Source: the human T2T-CHM13v2.0 reference genome, Homo sapiens. Taken from it: a stretch of DNA of 64,000 bases. Where the stretch lies: NCBI RefSeq assembly GCF_009914755.1, contig NC_060935.1; one strand, given 5' to 3'. Position numbers and translations under genes: made by a program. The notes beneath the pieces are model-generated. The model searched no databases. It was not told the DNA's origin and saw nothing but the letters and a program-made list of their open reading frames with translations. Shown piece after piece: positions 62,190-64,000 of this stretch; positions within the stretch are counted from its first letter, which is position 1, and every line of letters starts with the position of its first letter.

Positions 62190-63480
62190 CTCTAGCTCTT
62201 TTCCTTTTACTCTCATGGAGCATCAATTTTCCCCTCATCATTACTGGATCATTTTGTTCCTTCTATCTTAAAAAATAATAATTAAAAAAAAAAACCCTCT
62301 TGACTCCATATCCTTCTCTAGTTATTGTCCCCGTCTAGGCTCACGTTTATAGCAAAACTCCCTGAAAGAGGTAACCATACTCCCTTCTAATTCCTCTCCT
62401 CCCATTCTCTATTGAACACAACCCATTAGGGCCTTTGCCTCCCTCCATTCTTGTGAAGATCACCAATGATTTAACAGTTGTTAAATCCAACAGAAAATAG
62501 TCTTCACTTCCTTGACCAGTATCTTTTGACCCACTGCTCATTTCTTCCTCCTCAAAATTTTTTTTCTCTTGACTTCCAGGAGACCATCCTCTCTTGATTT
62601 TCTTTCCCAACTCTCTGGCTACTCTCCTTGGTTTCTTTTGCTGGTTCCTCCTTGCCTCCAACACCTTAAAATGTGGAACTGTCCCAGGACTCAGTTCTTG
62701 GAACTCTTCCCCTTAGGTGATCTCACACAGTCTCATGGCTATAGAAGGATCTACACACTGGCAATTCCCAATGTTTATCTCTAGCACATATCCTTCCCCT
62801 GAATTCCAAACTCATATACCCAACTGCCCACTCAACACTGGTCAAATAGGTATCTCAAGCTCAACACATCCAAAACTAAACTCCTGACTACCTCTCCCCT
62901 AACTTCCTCCTCAGAGTCATTCCCATCTCAGTAAATGGTAACTCCACCCCCTCAGAAGAAAAAATCCTAAAAGTCATCTTAAGACTCTTCTTTTACCACA
63001 CTCCACATCTACTCCGACAGCCAACCATGTGCCTCTACCTTCAAAATATATCCACCATGACCCCCTTGCCTCAACTCTCCTACCACCTCCCTGGTCCAAG
63101 TCACCTTCACCTTTCACCTAGATAATTGCAACAGCCTCCTAACTGGCCTCCCCAATTCTACCCTAGCCCCGCTAAGGTATATTCTCTCGCAAGCCAGAGT
63201 AAGCTTTTCAAAATCCAAGACAGATCTTGTTACTCCTCTGCTCAAAACCCTCCAGTGGCTTCCCATCATACTCCGAGAAAAGATGAAGTTCCTTTCAATG
63301 GCCCACAGGCACTGAGTGATTTGGGCCTCTGCCACTCGAAGCCGTCCCATCTCCCTATCGCTCAATCCGTTCCAGCAACACTGGCCTCTTTTCCGTACTT
63401 CAGACCCTCCAGGCAAGTTCCCTTCTTGGGGCTCTGGAACACTCTTTTCCTCCAAATATCTTCATGGCTCACTCCCTCAA
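62190..63480 (+). mobile_element. L2 LINE fragment (~1.3 kb)
   Basis: Pyrimidine-rich L2 body: caacagcctcctaactggcctccc...ctgctcaaaaccctccagtggcttcccat. Confidence 0.88.
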
Positions 63481-64000
63481 ATTATTGAGGAAATCTACAG
63501 CAGTTTCAGGAGCAAAAGAATACTAAAATAAAGACTAAAACTATAATCAGAATTGTTCCGCTCCCCAACTTTTACTTATGCTCTTCCTTATAACAAGAAT
63601 AATACCTTTTTACCCTCTCTCTAACTATCCAAATCTCACCCACACACTAGGGTCCAGATAAAGACTCACTGATTAACAGAGATCTGCTCAAACCATCCTA
63701 ATTCCCAATTCTTCCTTTGTTTAAACTCCTAAAGTGTTTATCCTCTTTCTCATTCATTTTCAAGTTTAACCACACACTGCCTCACATTTTAATCTGACCT
63801 ATATGACATCTCCCTAACTAGAACACACACACACACATACACAAAAGAATAGAATACCTTGTACAAGTAGTTCTCAATCCTAGATCAGGATAACACATAA
63901 AACTTCAAAAAATACAGGTTCACAGGCCCTACCCTTAAAGATATTGAATATATTATGTCTTATTTAGAACCCATAGATCTGTATTTAAGTTCCCCCAAAA

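Noticed and set aside
62347-63531. Cluster of overlapping ORFs up to 120 aa
   Set aside because: All lie inside a decayed L2 element; compositional bias explains the scarcity of stops.

Overview
AT-rich, CpG-poor primate (most likely human) genomic DNA from the 5' part of PHF21A (BHC80, the PHD-finger subunit of the LSD1-CoREST complex), transcribed on the minus strand. Five small exons can be read from the sequence. Two are 5'-UTR exons (58215-58175, and a transposon-derived one at 56560-56449). The other three carry coding sequence (50290-50154 with ATG at 50207, 45155-45123, 42808-42743) and encode [51 protein letters not shown]. Positions 1-42742 are part of one long intron. The promoter/first exon and the remaining coding exons lie outside the window. 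The rest is mostly Alu, L1, L2, MIR, MaLR/ERVL LTR and DNA-transposon remnants plus microsatellites. None of the ORFs in the supplied track looks like a real gene. No wholly new gene system is evident. The best leads are post-transcriptional controls on PHF21A dosage: an Alu-bracketed, start-codon-containing exon block whose back-splice stays in frame; a TE-derived UTR exon with five upstream ATGs next to an intact MER85 piggyBac element; a candidate poison exon lying between two diverged palindrome-containing repeats; and a 103-bp templated insertion inside an LTR. Repeat family names are from recall and their boundaries are approximate.
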